Assembly (NCBI GenBank): GCA_045589295.1
Contig: JAZNOU010000002.1
Coordinates: forward strand, 1 to 64,000
Direction: 5' to 3'
DNA: 64,000 bases
DNA from: Clostridia bacterium
GTDB lineage: Bacteria > Bacillota > Clostridia > RGIG6154
Part shown: positions 61,649-64,000 of the stretch, one piece after another
Position numbering within the stretch: position 1 is the stretch's first letter
Layout: every line of letters starts with the position of its first letter
Translations under genes and position numbers: made by a program
The notes under the pieces: generated by a model
Database searches by the model: none
The model's input: only the letters and a program-made list of their open reading frames with translations
Told to the model about the DNA's origin: nothing

Positions 61649-64000
61649 ATGAGTAAGCTTTGGCATATTGCCACAAAAGAAGAGATAGAAGATACCCTTA
61701 ACACTGATTTTGAGCGTGGTATGACAAATGAGTTTGCACAGAGCAGGTTAAAGAAAAGACAAAAGACAGTATTTGACGACAATAAAAAATTTGTTGCTAA
61801 AAATACTTTGTCATACTTTAACTCTGCTATGGCTATTTTGCTTGTAATCCTTTCGGTTGTTTTTATGTTCAAAGGAAAAGCGGTGGAGGCAACAACAGTT
61901 GTAATTTTAGTGCTTATTTCAGAACTTTTAAGCTTTTTAAAAGATGTATTGGCATTTAATTCGGCAAGAAGGTTAAGAAACTTATTAAAGCCTAAGGTTA
62001 CTGTGATCAGAGATGCCTCAAAAAAAGTTATTTTTAAAGACGAAATTGCACAAGGCGACATTATTGTGCTTAAAAAAGGCGACGTTGTTCCATGTGACGG
62101 AAGAATTACATATTGTGAAGACCTTACAGTTGATCAAAAGTGCATTACTGGAAATGAAGAGGCAATCCAAAAAAGTTGCGAGGCTGACCTGATTGCAGAA
62201 ACCGAGCCGAAAGACTGCACAAATATGCTTTACGAGTCAAGTGTTATAATCTCGGGAAGTTGCAGAATGGTTGCGTGTGAGACAGGTGAAAATACTGTTT
62301 TGGCACAAACAGGAACTTTGGAAGAATCTAAAAAGTCGTATATGCAAGGGAAAATATCTGAAGTAAGCATAGTTTTAACCTTATTTTCAGGTATACTGCT
62401 TTTAGGGCTTTTGGCAATAAGTGCTTTTTCAGGAATAGATATTATGCAAGCGGTTTTAGTTTGTTTAGCGCTTGGCACAGTTTTAATTCCGTCAAAATTA
62501 CCTGCAGTAATTTCATATATTACAAATAAAGGCATACTTAAAATGGCGCAAAATGGTAATGTTGTCAGAAATAAAAGCATAGCAGAACAGCTTGCAGTAT
62601 GCGATACTGTTGTTTTTGGGAAAACAGGAGTTTTGACACAAGATGAAGCAGAGGTAACAGAAATTATTTCAAGCGAAGGCTGTGTGGAGCTTGGAAATGC
62701 TGATTTGAGTGTACCCCAAAAAAGCATTTCTAAGATTATTTTAGAATTTGCATCTCTTTGTACAAAAGAAAACGATAGTGCTTGTGAAGAACAAACTATT
62801 GACAGTGCAGTTTTAAAGGCGGCACAAAAAGTAGAAGCTTTGCCTAAAGGTGTTGAAATTGCAAAAGTATATCCTTTTGATATGGATAAAAAAACCATGA
62901 CAGTTTGTGCATCCTTTGAAGAAGGATATAGAATTATCACTAAAGGTGATGTGAAAAAAATTCTTGATATATGTTCTCACGCGGTATCTACAACTAAGCT
63001 TGAAGAACTTACTGATGAACTCAAACAGTCTTTGACAGAACAATATGAGGAAAAACTAAAAAATGGTTATAAAGTAATTGCACTTGCCTACAAAGACAGC
63101 GGAAATCTGCCTGAAGAAGATTTGGCGGGCGACTTTACGTTACTTGGCATTTTAGTGATTGAAAATAAAATAAACAAACAGACAACGGAGTCAATATCAC
63201 AGCTTTTAAGTGCAGGTATAAGACCTGTTATGGTTTCATATGATGATGAAATTCTTTGTAAAGCAGTGGCTCTAAAATGCGGAATTATCCAAGAAGATGA
63301 GCAGGTAGTTACAGGAAAAATGACAGAGGAAATGTCGGATGAGTTGCTTGACGAAACTACAAAAACTGTTTTTGTTTATGCAGAGCTATCACCAAACCAA
63401 AAGGAAAGAATAGTTAAAAGCTTAAAGAGAAACGGTAAAACAGTTTGTATGATTTCTTTAAGTTCAAGCGATAAAAAAGCTATGGAGTGTGCAGATATAT
63501 CTGTTTCAAAAAAAGACGGAGCACAGGTTAACGAGTTTAATGCAGGGCTTGTTACAGACGGCACTCTTTTTGGTCTTGCAAATGCAATGAAATATGCACA
63601 AAAACTTTACCTAGATGTAAGAAAATCAATAAGATTTGCAGTTTCTGGGGCAATCTCTATTATGTTCTTTATGATTTTTGCTGTGCTTCTAACAAACTCG
63701 TTGCCACTTTCTTATATCCATACTTTATTAATTGGAATTATAACAACAGGTATTTTACCTTTCATTATGCCTTCGGGTTTTTGTGCGGACAAGCATCAGA
63801 TAAAAAATGTAAAGGAAAACAAAACTATTTTCTTAAAAATGTGGCCAAGAATTATTGGCTCAGGCGTATTTGCGGCAGTGCTGGCACTTGCTTTATTTGT
63901 TAAAATCAAATACTTTGCGCCGTCTGCAACTGATGCAGAAAGCATTTTAAAAGCAAGCACAACAGTGTTTTTGTTTTTTGTGTTCTATCAACTTTTGTCG
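61649..64000 (+). CDS. P-type (P2A-like) ATPase homolog with degenerate catalytic motifs; partial, runs off the right edge
   Basis: manual translation open for 784 codons; GDIIVLKKGDVVPCDGRI, GKTGVLTQ, PFD..KKTMTV, KG, LSPNQKERIV. Confidence 0.88.
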   Translation, partial: MSKLWHIATKEEIEDTLNTDFERGMTNEFAQSRLKKRQKTVFDDNKKFVAKNTLSYFNSAMAILLVILSVVFMFKGKAVEATTVVILVLISELLSFLKDVLAFNSARRLRNLLKPKVTVIRDASKKVIFKDEIAQGDIIVLKKGDVVPCDGRITYCEDLTVDQKCITGNEEAIQKSCEADLIAETEPKDCTNMLYESSVIISGSCRMVACETGENTVLAQTGTLEESKKSYMQGKISEVSIVLTLFSGILLLGLLAISAFSGIDIMQAVLVCLALGTVLIPSKLPAVISYITNKGILKMAQNGNVVRNKSIAEQLAVCDTVVFGKTGVLTQDEAEVTEIISSEGCVELGNADLSVPQKSISKIILEFASLCTKENDSACEEQTIDSAVLKAAQKVEALPKGVEIAKVYPFDMDKKTMTVCASFEEGYRIITKGDVKKILDICSHAVSTTKLEELTDELKQSLTEQYEEKLKNGYKVIALAYKDSGNLPEEDLAGDFTLLGILVIENKINKQTTESISQLLSAGIRPVMVSYDDEILCKAVALKCGIIQEDEQVVTGKMTEEMSDELLDETTKTVFVYAELSPNQKERIVKSLKRNGKTVCMISLSSSDKKAMECADISVSKKDGAQVNEFNAGLVTDGTLFGLANAMKYAQKLYLDVRKSIRFAVSGAISIMFFMIFAVLLTNSLPLSYIHTLLIGIITTGILPFIMPSGFCADKHQIKNVKENKTIFLKMWPRIIGSGVFAAVLALALFVKIKYFAPSATDAESILKASTTVFLFFVFYQLLS

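Noticed and set aside
61606-63564. minus-strand ORFs of 151, 236, 76 and 62 aa
   Set aside because: Antisense shadows of the plus-strand P-type ATPase homolog, which the ORF track omitted, probably because it has no stop codon in the window.

Overview
AT-rich Firmicutes (Clostridia-like) chromosomal window with two parts. About 1.3-21.3 kb is an integrative mobilizable element (IME) sitting just downstream of tRNA-Leu. Its backbone is a RepA-like initiator, oriT, MobC, a MOB_P relaxase with a nested overprinted gene, DUF6076/TnpW-like genes and a large serine recombinase. Its cargo is a small gene plus an HD dNTPase/PRTase-like fusion, an unannotated 50-aa membrane peptide, and a tightly packed run of NRPS (C-A-T-R), 2TM-TPR protein, Sfp-type PPTase and two HEPN-motif proteins behind a riboswitch-like attenuator leader. 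The rest (21.5-64 kb) is core genome: murD, three M42 peptidase paralogs, rnhA, dtd, alaS, mtaB, ftsEX, lgt, murC, hom, lysC and SLH proteins; the window holds 10 intact tRNAs in total. Other notable signals: at three tRNA loci (Leu, Asn, Glu) decayed tandem tRNA copies carry structured inserts, two of which share a covarying 31-nt motif; and a long open P-type ATPase homolog has lost all its catalytic motifs. Family assignments come from motifs recognised by eye; no database searches were run.
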